From: Desulfatiglandales bacterium
GTDB lineage: Bacteria > Desulfobacterota > DSM-4660 > Desulfatiglandales > HGW-15
Reading direction: 5' to 3'
NCBI GenBank assembly: GCA_963667015.2
Contig: CAXXJJ010000004.1
Location: 3,968,001 to 4,032,000, forward strand
DNA length: 64,000 bases
The translations under genes and the position numbers were made by a program. Position 1 is the first letter of the stretch; the number at the start of each line of letters is the position of its first letter. The notes beneath the pieces are model-generated. The model saw only the letters and a program-made list of their open reading frames with translations, ran no database searches and was not told the DNA's origin. This document shows positions 8,324 through 18,324 of this stretch, one piece after another.

Positions 8324-9094
8324 ATGGAAGACATACAAAATCACAAGGACCACAGGAATATAGATATTGACCAGGTCGGGGTTAAGGGAATCAGATACCC
8401 CATCACTGTTCTTGATAAAAATAACGGCAAGCAGCAGACCGTTGCAAAGATCAACATGTACGTGAATCTCCCTCGTCACTACAAGGGAACACACATGAGC
8501 CGTTTTGTTGAAGTACTTAACGAGCACAGCAAAAGGATTTCTCTTCAGAACTTTTCGGAAATTCTTGATGAGGTAAAATCACGGCTCAATGCCGAAAGCG
8601 CACACATGGAAATCACCTTCCCATACTTTATCAACAAGATGGCCCCTGTAACCGGAAGTGAAGGCCTGATGGAATATAAATGCACATTCAAGGGATCGCT
8701 GAACAAGACAATCGACATTATGACGATTATTCATGTTCCGATCTCAACCCTATGCCCCTGCTCAAAGGAAATTAGTGATTTCGGGGCACATAACCAGAGA
8801 GGTGAAGTGACACTCAAGGTAAGATTTAAAAAATTTATCTGGATAGAAGACCTTATAAGGCTGGTTGAGGATGCTGCATCAAGTGAGGTCTTTTCTGTAC
8901 TCAAGCGCGAGGACGAAAAATATGTAACGGAAAAGGCATATGAAAACCCCATGTTTGTTGAAGATATTGTGAGGGATATTGCCCTGAAATTGAATGACGA
9001 TTCCAATATTACATGGTTTGCGGTTGAATCGGAGAACTTTGAGTCTATTCATAATCATAATGCCTATGCCTATATAGAAAAGCATAAAAAATAA
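8324..9094 (+). CDS. folE2: GTP cyclohydrolase I type 2
   Basis: KGTHMSRF, TLCPCSKEIS, GAHNQR, ESIHNHNA motifs. Confidence 0.95.
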   Translation: MEDIQNHKDHRNIDIDQVGVKGIRYPITVLDKNNGKQQTVAKINMYVNLPRHYKGTHMSRFVEVLNEHSKRISLQNFSEILDEVKSRLNAESAHMEITFPYFINKMAPVTGSEGLMEYKCTFKGSLNKTIDIMTIIHVPISTLCPCSKEISDFGAHNQRGEVTLKVRFKKFIWIEDLIRLVEDAASSEVFSVLKREDEKYVTEKAYENPMFVEDIVRDIALKLNDDSNITWFAVESENFESIHNHNAYAYIEKHKK

Positions 9095-9386
9095 AAACCC
9101 GTCTCTCACAGAGCCCGCAGAGATCGCAAAGAAAAACAAAATCATTTTTTTACTTTGAAGCAAAAACAAAAAATGAATAAGAAGCTTTACTCTGTCTGCC
9201 CTGCCATAGTCTTGTGCAGTCGGTTGACCTCTGCATGGCAGAGTGAACAAAAGAAACGGGTGAGAAAAAAATACATGTCTCTCACAGAGCTCGCTGATAG
9301 TGCAGAGAAAAGTAAAAGCCTATATTATAAAAAATAGATATTCTCTGCGGGCTCTAGTGACCGAAGGGAACGGGCGTGAAAAGAAG

Positions 9387-9762
9387 ATGGATATCAACGA
9401 GCTGTCCAAAGATAATAAAAGCTGCAATAAATGTTCATAGGGAATTAGGGCCTGGATTACTGGAATCCGTTTATCATTCCTGCATGATTATTGAACTGAA
9501 AAATCATGGCTTAGAATTAAAATCTGAATTATCACTACCTGTAAAATTTAGGAATCAAGTTATTTCTAAAGACGGTTTTAGAATTGATCTGTTAGAGGAA
9601 GATAAAATTATTATTGAACTCAAATCAGTTGAAAAATTATCCTCTCTACACAAAAAGCAACTTTTAACATATTTACGCCTTGCTGATAAACCACTTGGTC
9701 TCTTAATAAATTTCAACGAAACCATCCTAAAAAATGGTATAAAAAGGATAATAAATACTTGA
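9387..9762 (+). pseudogene. GxxExxY protein (PD-(D/E)xK-like), frameshifted near the 5' end
   Basis: GPGLLESVY, RIDLL, IIIELK, QLLTYL; the natural-looking start MDINELS at 9387 is out of frame with the body. Confidence 0.8.
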
Positions 9763-9920
9763 TAAAAAACTTTAAAAGCATGTCTCTCTCAGAGACCACG
9801 GAGAAAAACTAAAACATTTATTTTGATTGAAAACCAAAACAAAAATGCTTTTCTCTGCGTTCTCTGTGAGCTCTAGTGACCGGAGGGAACGGACGAGAGA
9901 AAATAAAAGGAGATTCTATT

Positions 9921-11216
9921 ATGGCTGATGATTTAAAAAAAATGTACAAAACAGTAATGGATGACAGTTTTCCCAATGAAATAACCATTTCATTTGACGG
10001 CCAGACTCTTGTTTATAAAAAACGTACCTGGAAAATTCCAGATGAGAAGAGCGGTGAACTGATTGAAAAGGGTCTTCGCTATGGTGAAAACCCCGGCCAG
10101 GAGGCAGCCCTCTACGAGCTTGTAAATGGAAATCTTGTGCTTGGGGACTGCAAATTTATAGAACCCGGAAAGGGCCTTGTTTCCTCTATCACGGAAGAAG
10201 ATATGATCCAGGCAGGAAAACATCCGGGCAAGACCAACTTTACAGATATAGATAACGCAATCAATATAATAAAATACCTGTCTGAAGGGCCTGCCGCAGT
10301 TATTGTCAAACACAATAATCCATGCGGTGTAGCCTACGGCACTACCCTTGCCGAGGCCTTCAGCAAGGCAAACATGGCTGACCGTGTTGCCGCATTCGGC
10401 GGTTGTGCTGTTTTTAACCGTTCCATTGACAAGGATACTGCATACCTCATCTCAAACATATATGTAGAGGTGGTTGCGGCTCCGGACTTTGAAGAGGGAG
10501 CGATCCCTATACTGGCAAAGCGGAAAAACCTTCGCATTGTAAAGATCAACAGGATTGATAATCTGGATTACTACAGGGAATCTAGGTTTGTTGATTTTAA
10601 GAGCCTTATTGACGGGGGCCTTATTGTTCAGCAGTCTCCGGTAAATAAGATTAAGACCGCGGCCGATTTTACAATTGCCACGGCCGAATACCAGAGAAGG
10701 GTTTATACAATCGATAAAAAACCCAACAAAGAAGAATATGCCGACATGCTCTTCGGATGGCAGGTTGAACAGGGGATTACCTCCAACTCCGTTATATATG
10801 TAAAGGACGGGGTAACAGTTGGTATAGGCACCGGGGAACAGGATCGTGTTGGTGTTGCAGAGATCGCAGTTACAAAGGCCTATACAAAGTATGCCGATGC
10901 ACTCTGTTTCAAACGTCACGGAATCCCGTTAAAGGAAATGGAACTCAAGATAAGACGTGGAGAGGCTGATCAGTCTATTTCTATTGATATAGATGCTGAA
11001 ACCATGGAGGCATTAGGAGGACTTATAGGATCGACCATGGTGTCAGATGCATTCTTTCCATTCAGGGACGGTGTTGATGTAGGCATTGATCAAGGCATAA
11101 GGGCTGTTGTCCAGCCGGGTGGTTCAATGAGGGATTATGAGGTAATCCAGGCATGCAATGAGGCAAACCCCCAGGTTACCATGGTGTTTACCGGGCAGAG
11201 GGCGTTTAAGCACTGA
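9921..11216 (+). CDS. purH: PurH-family AICAR transformylase (lacks the N-terminal MGS-like domain)
   Basis: LRYGENPGQ, KHNNPCG, SDAFFPFRDG, QPGGS, FTGQRAFKH. Confidence 0.88.
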   Translation: MADDLKKMYKTVMDDSFPNEITISFDGQTLVYKKRTWKIPDEKSGELIEKGLRYGENPGQEAALYELVNGNLVLGDCKFIEPGKGLVSSITEEDMIQAGKHPGKTNFTDIDNAINIIKYLSEGPAAVIVKHNNPCGVAYGTTLAEAFSKANMADRVAAFGGCAVFNRSIDKDTAYLISNIYVEVVAAPDFEEGAIPILAKRKNLRIVKINRIDNLDYYRESRFVDFKSLIDGGLIVQQSPVNKIKTAADFTIATAEYQRRVYTIDKKPNKEEYADMLFGWQVEQGITSNSVIYVKDGVTVGIGTGEQDRVGVAEIAVTKAYTKYADALCFKRHGIPLKEMELKIRRGEADQSISIDIDAETMEALGGLIGSTMVSDAFFPFRDGVDVGIDQGIRAVVQPGGSMRDYEVIQACNEANPQVTMVFTGQRAFKH

Positions 11217-11337
11217 TAAAAACCAGAAAAGAAAAACATTTCTCTCACAGAGCTCGCAGAGACCTCAGAGAAAGACAAAAGATATTTTAACTTGAAATCA
11301 AAAACTAAAAAGCTTTTCTCTGCGTTCTCTGTGATCT

Positions 11338-11865
11338 CTAGCGACCAGCGGGAGCGGGCGAGAGATTGAAATACTGAAGTATAAAATCGGCAAGCTTCTC
11401 AGGGTTATCAAGGTCAAAGACAGGGACAGGCAAATCCAGTTCTGTGTCTGATGCAACGGCTATCAGGTTGGGGTCTTCAAGGAATCGAGGCTTTTCATGG
11501 ACTGCTGACCTGAATATCTCTATCTTTGGCCGCTTCTCCATTTTATATCCCTCAACGACCACGATATCCATATCGGACATTAGAGATATCAGCTCATCCA
11601 GGATTGGTTCATGGTCAATTGTCATCACCATGCCTACACTATCAGGTGAAGCTATAACTGTTTTATCTGCTCCCGCCTTTCTGTGTCTCCAGCTGTCTTT
11701 ACCCGGCTTATCCAGCTCCAGATCGCCATGATGATGTTTTACAGTACCTACCTTAAAATTTTTTTGCTTTAATGCAGGCAAAAGCTTTTCAACAAGAGTG
11801 GTTTTTCCAGATCCTGACCATCCTGCTATTAATACAACCGGTGTTCCTTCCCCCTTAAGCGGCAT
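11338..11865 (-). CDS. mobB: Molybdopterin-guanine dinucleotide biosynthesis protein B
   Basis: GWSGSGKTTL, VKHHH, DKPGKDSWRH, VEGYK. Confidence 0.93.
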   Translation of the reverse strand: MPLKGEGTPVVLIAGWSGSGKTTLVEKLLPALKQKNFKVGTVKHHHGDLELDKPGKDSWRHRKAGADKTVIASPDSVGMVMTIDHEPILDELISLMSDMDIVVVEGYKMEKRPKIEIFRSAVHEKPRFLEDPNLIAVASDTELDLPVPVFDLDNPEKLADFILQYFNLSPAPAGR

Positions 11866-11908
11866 AGTGACACTTCTCTCAAAAGATTAAAATTCTGGTT
11901 AAGAAAAA

Positions 11909-12247
11909 TTATTTGTCTTTTTCAAAAATATCATTGAAGATCTTATCATCGGCATCAAGGCACTGCTTTTTCAATTGATTATATTTTTTTAAAAGTTCCT
12001 TTCCTTCTTCCGTAAGTTTGGAACCCAGCTTCCTGTCTGTGTCAACTATACGGGAATTCAAATATCCTTCTGTAGTTTTGATCTTGCTCCAGACTCCTTT
12101 GTAGGACATCTTCATTACCTTTGCCGTCTGGTTGAGCGATCCTGTCCTTTCAATGGTCTCAAGAATTTCCTTTCTCCCTTCTCCAATAATGATGTTATTG
12201 TTTTCATCAACAACCCACTGTTTTGAAAGTAATTTAAATGATCCCAT
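11909..12247 (-). CDS. modE: ModE-like winged-helix regulator (DNA-binding domain only)
   Basis: IGEGRKEILETIERTGSLNQTAKVMKMSYKGVW; located within the Moco cluster. Confidence 0.85.
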   Translation of the reverse strand: MGSFKLLSKQWVVDENNNIIIGEGRKEILETIERTGSLNQTAKVMKMSYKGVWSKIKTTEGYLNSRIVDTDRKLGSKLTEEGKELLKKYNQLKKQCLDADDKIFNDIFEKDK

Positions 12248-12303
12248 TTTTTCTCCTTTGTTTTGGAAATTCATAAAATTCCCCGTTGCATGCACCTGTT
12301 TAT

Positions 12304-14235
12304 TTATCCTAATTCAATCCACAACTCACCACTTTTACCCGGATCATATCCTCCAAGTGAATTCACCCTTTCCCTGAAGTCTCCGGATCTGATAGTCGCA
12401 ATAAGTTCCTGAATGTTTTGGTTTTCAAGATATGATGACGGGATGATCAGGTCATACTGTTCCCTGACCATTGATATAAAATCAAGATCAAGAGCCTTTG
12501 CTGCAGCATATATTCCCATGCCGCAGTCTGCTGCACCGCTTAATACATCTACTGCAACAGCCATATGTGTGTATTCCTCATGGTCATAACCATTTATCTG
12601 TGAAGAATCATAACCCGATTGTTTAAGCTTATAATCAAAGAGAATGCGAGTACCGGATCCTGCCTGCCTGTTCACAAATGTAACATCATCCCTGATTAAA
12701 TCCTCTATGCCATTTATACCCTTTGGATTACCCTTTTGTAAGATCAGGCCCTGATCTCTGAGCACAAGGTGAAACACACTTACTCTGGTGCCATTAAGGT
12801 ATTTTTTGATATATGAAAGGTTGTATTCCCCGGTTTCGGTATCAAGAAGATGCGCTCCGCCAAGGTGGCACACCCCTTTTTTAATAGCTATAAGGCCCCC
12901 GAGACTTCCCACATTTCCCGATGAAATCCTTATATCCTTTCCCCTCCTCCTTATTTCATCGGCAATAACATCAAGGGTGATATCATGGCTCCCTATGATT
13001 ACCAGTGTATTTTTTAATTCCTCTGCATCAACAATAAGCTCTGCGGTTACCTCCTCATCCTGGGATATCCCTTCGGAGAGCACCGGAATACGTACAATGC
13101 CCTCTGCCCTTGTTAAGGTTGTAACTGATCCGGCAGCCCTTGGAAGCGGAGTGGCAATTGCCTTCCCATTGACATTTCCGATATTGACCCTTAAAAACTC
13201 CTCTGTCCCAAGCTTTGACGGTATATTCCTGGAGGGTTGAACAGTTATGGTCTGCTTCTCCTTTAATCTCAGATCCTGAAGACTGAAGAGTAACGGCTTA
13301 ACAAACTGTTCAAAGGAGAGTACCGCAGAAACCGTATAGCCAGGGTTGCCAATAACCGGTTTGTCATTTATTTCGCCCAGTATTGTGGGTTTTCCCGGCA
13401 TCATGGCAACACCATGAACATGAACCTTCCCCAGCTCGGCAATTATACCGGCCGTATAATCCTTGCTGCCGGCAGAAGACCCGGCGTTTATGATAACGAC
13501 ATCCGTATCTGACTCTACCGCCTTTAGCAGTTCATTTCGAATCGATTCTTCATTATCCGGGATAATTTCCCTGATTGTTGGAACACCGTGGCTTTCTAGT
13601 ACAAGCCCGGAAAGGGTCACGGAATTTGATTCTATTATCTGACCTTCTCTTATGGATTCCGTTCCTGATATATCCCTGTGGCTTATCAGCTCTGTTCCGG
13701 TAGGGATTATAGTAACTGCAGGCCTTCTTCTTACAGATATCCTAGTTATCCCTGCAGTAATAAGGGCGCCCATATCATAGGATCTTATGGCATGGTTCTG
13801 TGGAATAAGCAGCTGGGTTGCGACAATATCTTCACCAACCTTACGAATGTTCTGCCAGGGATATGCTGTAGAAATTATCTCGAGGTTCTCATCATCTATC
13901 TGGTGGAGCTTTTCCACCATTATTACTGCATTGAATTCTCCGGGAAGTACCTGGCCCGTATTAATCCATATTGCATCTCTCCCGATACAAAGGATTTTCG
14001 GCTCTTTTTCGGTAGTGCCATATGTATCTTCAGCCCTTACTGCAATACCGTCCATTGCCGCAGCATGATATGACGGGGCAGATAACCTTGCAAAGACTGG
14101 TTCTGCTGTCACACGGCCAAGGGCATACTCAACATCTATTATTTCAGGCAGGGTTTTTCTGTTTTCCCACCTCTTATTAAAAATATCCTTTGCTTCCTGG
14201 AGTGATTTGAGATCCAGGTAAACATTTCTTTTCAT
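12304..14235 (-). CDS. moeA: Molybdopterin biosynthesis MoeA fused to periplasmic-binding-type (PBP) domain
   Basis: AMDGIAV, PTGTEL, PGKP; C-terminal GSHD...NRQAGSGTR domain. Confidence 0.9.
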   Translation of the reverse strand: MKRNVYLDLKSLQEAKDIFNKRWENRKTLPEIIDVEYALGRVTAEPVFARLSAPSYHAAAMDGIAVRAEDTYGTTEKEPKILCIGRDAIWINTGQVLPGEFNAVIMVEKLHQIDDENLEIISTAYPWQNIRKVGEDIVATQLLIPQNHAIRSYDMGALITAGITRISVRRRPAVTIIPTGTELISHRDISGTESIREGQIIESNSVTLSGLVLESHGVPTIREIIPDNEESIRNELLKAVESDTDVVIINAGSSAGSKDYTAGIIAELGKVHVHGVAMMPGKPTILGEINDKPVIGNPGYTVSAVLSFEQFVKPLLFSLQDLRLKEKQTITVQPSRNIPSKLGTEEFLRVNIGNVNGKAIATPLPRAAGSVTTLTRAEGIVRIPVLSEGISQDEEVTAELIVDAEELKNTLVIIGSHDITLDVIADEIRRRGKDIRISSGNVGSLGGLIAIKKGVCHLGGAHLLDTETGEYNLSYIKKYLNGTRVSVFHLVLRDQGLILQKGNPKGINGIEDLIRDDVTFVNRQAGSGTRILFDYKLKQSGYDSSQINGYDHEEYTHMAVAVDVLSGAADCGMGIYAAAKALDLDFISMVREQYDLIIPSSYLENQNIQELIATIRSGDFRERVNSLGGYDPGKSGELWIELG

Positions 14236-14292
14236 CTACAACTCCGTAAGGTTCGGCTTCTTTATCATATAAAATGTTGAGACTATCATCTA

Positions 14293-15525
14293 TCAACGGT
14301 TAAAGAGCAGGACATCAACAGCCTGCCCCCTGTAAACGCCCTCTGAGTTTCTGTCTATTCTGACAAGACCATGGGCATCAACCAGGGTTGAAATCAACCC
14401 CGATTTACCAAAAATCGGAACAGCCGTAAGATTGCCATTATCCTTTTCCAGCCTGACCCGAATAAAATCGTCTCTTCCACTTTTAGATTCAACATTTCGG
14501 CTCATCTCAGCCTTTATAATTCCGTTAAATTCATGGTCGTCTGAGTTACAGCCAAGAAGCCGCAAAAGAAATTTCTTTAAAAAAACCTCCGCAATAACCA
14601 TTGCCGATGCTGCATGACCCGGCAAGCCAAATACCGCACGGTCACCGATCCTGGCTATGATGGTGGGTTTTCCGGGGCTTATGGATATACCATGAACAAG
14701 AAGTTCCATATCATCAAATGACTCAAGCACCTTAAGGGTCATATCCCTTGTTCCAACAGAACTCCCTCCTGAAACCCATACGGTATCTGCAAAGGCAAGG
14801 CTTTTTTCCATGAGCTCCCTGAGATCCGAAAAATCATCCCGGCACAACCCCATAATCGTGGGCTCAACACCCATCTGTCTGCAGAATGCGCTTAATGTAT
14901 AGCTGTTAACATCCCTTACCTGGCCAGGTTCAGGATCTTTATTTATAGGAACAATTTCATCACCGGTTGAAATAATGGCTACCTTTGGCCTTCTGAAAAC
15001 CGAGGCGCGGGAAATCCCGAGGCCGGCAAGAAGACCTATATCCTGTGGCCGGATTCTTGATCCGGATTCAAAAACAACTGCTTTTTCCTTGAAATCATCC
15101 CCCGGAGAAATAACATTTTCAAGAGGGGATATGGCTCGACTGACCTCAATCGTATTTTCATCAATATTGTGACAGTACTCCAGCATGACAACGCTGTCTG
15201 TTCCCCTGGGAAGCATGCCGCCGGTTGAGATTTTTATGGCCTTTCCCCTGGAAGCTGTTATATCGGGATTCTGCCCCATGAGGACTTCTCCAGAGAGTTC
15301 CAGGAAGGCCGGCATGCTCTCTGTTGCCCCGAATGTGTCCCTGGCCATAACGGCATAACCATCCATAGAAGATCGGGAAAAACCCGGAAGATTTTCAGGG
15401 GATATGATATCTTTACTCAGGGCAAGACCAAGAGCATTTTCAATAGAAACAGTTTCTTCACCCGCAGGGCTAAAAGCATTGATCAGGTCAAGAACTTCTT
15501 CTGTTGTTTTTACCTTAAAAAACAA
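14293..15525 (-). CDS. moeA: Molybdopterin molybdotransferase
   Basis: SSMDGYAV, STGDE, SGGSSVG, PGKP, GLPGH. Confidence 0.93.
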   Translation of the reverse strand: MFFKVKTTEEVLDLINAFSPAGEETVSIENALGLALSKDIISPENLPGFSRSSMDGYAVMARDTFGATESMPAFLELSGEVLMGQNPDITASRGKAIKISTGGMLPRGTDSVVMLEYCHNIDENTIEVSRAISPLENVISPGDDFKEKAVVFESGSRIRPQDIGLLAGLGISRASVFRRPKVAIISTGDEIVPINKDPEPGQVRDVNSYTLSAFCRQMGVEPTIMGLCRDDFSDLRELMEKSLAFADTVWVSGGSSVGTRDMTLKVLESFDDMELLVHGISISPGKPTIIARIGDRAVFGLPGHAASAMVIAEVFLKKFLLRLLGCNSDDHEFNGIIKAEMSRNVESKSGRDDFIRVRLEKDNGNLTAVPIFGKSGLISTLVDAHGLVRIDRNSEGVYRGQAVDVLLFNR

Positions 15526-15667
15526 GTTATGTCAGCCTCCACTACTGCTGATTATTCGGAGAAAGTCCCCATTTTCAATCAGTTATTATTCAAATATATC
15601 GATATGGACATAACATATAGGTAAGGGTTTAACAATGTTTTTCTTATGTTCTTTTTAACATGTCCAA

Positions 15668-15715
15668 AATTAAAACACCCTGTAAAACATTTAAGTTTTA
15701 CAGGGTGTTTTAATT
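15668..15715. terminator. Rho-independent terminator-like hairpin after pgk
   Basis: AATTAAAACACCCTGTAAAAC / GTTTTACAGGGTGTTTTAATT inverted repeat. Confidence 0.75.
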
Positions 15716-15724
15716 AAAATCAGA

Positions 15725-16903
15725 TTACTTATCTGCCAATGCAGCAATTCCAGGCAGGATCTTCCCCTCAAGATATTCCAGGGAAGCCCCTCCCCCTGTA
15801 GAGACATGGGACAGTTGTTTTTCCACCCCGAATTTTTTCGCGGCCGCAGCGCTGTCGCCACCGCCAACAACAGAGATTGCGGAAGATTCAGCTATACCCA
15901 GGGCAAGCGCTTTTGTTCCTTCAGCAAACTCATCCTTTTCAAACACACCCATTGGCCCGTTCCACACGATGGTCCCTGCATTCTTTATTTTTGATAAAAA
16001 CAGCTCAACGCTTTTTGGACCAATATCTATCCCCATATAACCTTCTTTTATATTTTCATCTGCAGTAGTTATGATACTCGTTGGAGAATCAAAATTGTCA
16101 CAGGCAATATGGTCTACGGGCAGAATCAGCTCAACCTTGCCGGCCTTTTCAATAATTGTTTTTGCAACATCCGACACCTCTTCTTCATACCTTGACGAAC
16201 CTATCTCCACACCCTTTACTTTAAGAAAGGTATATGCCATTGCTCCGCCGATGATTATGGTATCAACCTTTGTCAGCATGTTCTCGATCAGCGGGATCTT
16301 GTCAGAGACCTTTGCGCCGCCCAGTATCAGAACAAAGGGTTTTTCAGGAGAACTGTTTATTTTTTCAAAATATTCGATCTCCTTTTCAACAAGAAATCCT
16401 GAAACAGATTCAAGGTAATGTGTAATACCTTCTGTGGAGGCATGGGCCCTGTGGCAGGCGCCGAATGCATCATTTACATATATATCCCCCAGCCTGGAAA
16501 GTTCCTTTGCAAATTCCGGATCATTTTTTGTTTCTTCAATATGGAAACGCAGGTTCTCGAGCAGTACAATGTCTCCTGAGGTCATACTGTTTATAGTTTC
16601 AATAACCTCGGGGCCAATACAGTCATCTGTCTTCTTTACCGGTCTCTTAAGAAGCTCTTCAAGTCTTTTGGCAACGGGGGTTAATCTCATTTTTTCCTTT
16701 ACTTCCCCCTTTGGTCTTCCCATATGACTCATCAGTATGACATTCGCACCTCTTCCCAGGGCATACTCAATGGTTGGAAGTGCCGCCCTTATCCGGTTAT
16801 CATCTGTAATATTAAGACCTTCATCAAGTGGAACATTAAAATCAACCCTTATCAACAACTTCTTATCTTTAATATCAATATCTTTAATGCATTTTTTATT
16901 CAT
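15725..16903 (-). CDS. pgk: Phosphoglycerate kinase
   Basis: RVDFNVP, LLENLRF, GGAKVSDK, HVSTGGGASLE. Confidence 0.97.
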   Translation of the reverse strand: MNKKCIKDIDIKDKKLLIRVDFNVPLDEGLNITDDNRIRAALPTIEYALGRGANVILMSHMGRPKGEVKEKMRLTPVAKRLEELLKRPVKKTDDCIGPEVIETINSMTSGDIVLLENLRFHIEETKNDPEFAKELSRLGDIYVNDAFGACHRAHASTEGITHYLESVSGFLVEKEIEYFEKINSSPEKPFVLILGGAKVSDKIPLIENMLTKVDTIIIGGAMAYTFLKVKGVEIGSSRYEEEVSDVAKTIIEKAGKVELILPVDHIACDNFDSPTSIITTADENIKEGYMGIDIGPKSVELFLSKIKNAGTIVWNGPMGVFEKDEFAEGTKALALGIAESSAISVVGGGDSAAAAKKFGVEKQLSHVSTGGGASLEYLEGKILPGIAALADK

Positions 16904-16982
16904 TTTATCACCTTTCAATTAATTAATATTAATAATACAAATCTATGCATATTAATACTAATGTGACAATAATAAATATTAT

Positions 16983-17171
16983 TTATATTGGTTCCAGTAT
17001 TATTCTATGATCAACAAGACTTAGATTTTTTACCCTTGCTGAAACCTCAATCTCTTCGCCAAAGATGTTTACCAGTTTTATTTGATCACCACTGGTTTCA
17101 AACAGGTCAACATCTTCCATTAATAATTCCTTTTTTCCTTCCTTTTCAAGATAAGCTGAAGACTGACACAT
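16983..17171 (-). CDS. CooT-family nickel-binding protein
   Basis: MCQSSAY...LMEDV...NIFGE...LVDHRI pattern. Confidence 0.8.
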   Translation of the reverse strand: MCQSSAYLEKEGKKELLMEDVDLFETSGDQIKLVNIFGEEIEVSARVKNLSLVDHRIILEPI

Positions 17172-17174
17172 GGC

Positions 17175-17579
17175 TTATACCTCCTTAATCAATTTTACGG
17201 CCTTCTGAACCATATGGGGAAGTGGCTCTCCCGTAGTACCCACAATATCAACATTTTCCTGGGTCAGGGGAATTAAAATTTTCCGGGCAGGGCATGAGCT
17301 GACGGCCTCCGTCATCCCAGCGGTTACCTCTCCCATCATGGCATTTGCCATTATTATTGCTATTGGGCCTATTATTACATCAACATTCATGCTGGTTCTT
17401 ATGATGGCATTTTCTCCTGTAGCCCCTCTGTTTGCTCCGGATTTCATCATCTTTGAGGTAGCAATCGAATTCGTGCCAAGTGCATATATTTCAAGATCAT
17501 TACCATAGTATTCTCTCAGTCCCTTGATTATTGCAGCCCCTATACCGCCCCCCTGACCATCCATTACCATTATAATCAC
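17175..17579 (-). CDS. DUF3842-family protein
   Basis: DGQGGGIG, ALGTNSIAT, GATGENA. Confidence 0.8.
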   Translation of the reverse strand: MIIMVMDGQGGGIGAAIIKGLREYYGNDLEIYALGTNSIATSKMMKSGANRGATGENAIIRTSMNVDVIIGPIAIIMANAMMGEVTAGMTEAVSSCPARKILIPLTQENVDIVGTTGEPLPHMVQKAVKLIKEV

Positions 17580-17679
17580 ATCAATACCTCAATTGATAAA
17601 AGCATTGCATTAAATGCTCAAACTTTATATAAAATGACCTGCACTCCTGATAAATTATTTAACTCAGAGAGAAATTTTA

Positions 17680-18324
17680 ATGTTTATTCTCCGGATATTA
17701 TTCATATTTCTGACCTATATTGCCGGATCCATTCCATTTGGGTCGATAATAAGCCGAAAAACAGCCGGAATTGATATCACCCACAAAGGAAGCGGCAATA
17801 TCGGAGCAACAAATGTCGCCCGTGAAATCGGAATAAAATGGGGACTACTAACGCTCCTTCTTGATCTTTTAAAAGGTTTCTTTCCCGTATTCATTGCAAG
17901 AAATTATATTTCTGATGTTGAAGGGTTATTTTTAATATCAACCTCCCTTGCAGTTCTGCTCGGACACCGGTTTTCACTCTTCTTAAAGTTCAGAGGTGGA
18001 AAAGGTGTTGCTACGGCCGTTGGTATATTCCTGGCCCTTTCACCCCTCTCGACCTTGATCTCACTCTGCGCCTTTGTTGCAGCCGTATACTTTTTTGACT
18101 ATATTTCCCTTGGTTCAATCATCGCGGCATGTATAATGCCTTTAACCCTAAGCATACTGAATAAACCCGCCGCCCTGATAATAACGGCTTTTTTTACTGC
18201 CGTTTTAATATTGATTACCCACAGCGGTAATATAACCCGGATTATCAAGGGAGAGGAGCGAAAATGGAAAAAGGGAAATCATGACAGTACGTCGAGTAAT
18301 CGCTCCAATTCTTCATTGGAATAA
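17680..18324 (+). CDS. plsY: Glycerol-3-phosphate acyltransferase
   Basis: GSIPFG, GSGNIGATN, FRGGKGVAT, HSGNI. Confidence 0.95.
   Translation: MFILRILFIFLTYIAGSIPFGSIISRKTAGIDITHKGSGNIGATNVAREIGIKWGLLTLLLDLLKGFFPVFIARNYISDVEGLFLISTSLAVLLGHRFSLFLKFRGGKGVATAVGIFLALSPLSTLISLCAFVAAVYFFDYISLGSIIAACIMPLTLSILNKPAALIITAFFTAVLILITHSGNITRIIKGEERKWKKGNHDSTSSNRSNSSLE

Larger units (their letters stand above)
9102..11364 (+). repeat. Family of ~100-165-bp stem-loop repeats (units about 9102-9266, 9278-9381, 9783-9900, 11241-11364; half unit 8138-8168)
   Basis: Shared TCTCTCACAGAG...GCAGAGA left arm, A/T-rich spacer, and TTCTCTGCG...CTCTAGTGACCG...CGGGCGAGAGA right arm. Confidence 0.8.

Noticed and set aside
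9102..11364. CRISPR array
   Set aside because: Units are long, degenerate, irregularly spaced and separated by genes; no cas genes
15580..15620. ModE operator upstream of moeA
   Set aside because: Only a half-site-like ATCGATATAT is seen; too weak to call
18279..18324. 46-bp convergent overlap of plsY and parB
   Set aside because: Short 3' overlaps of convergent genes are common; no sign of special function
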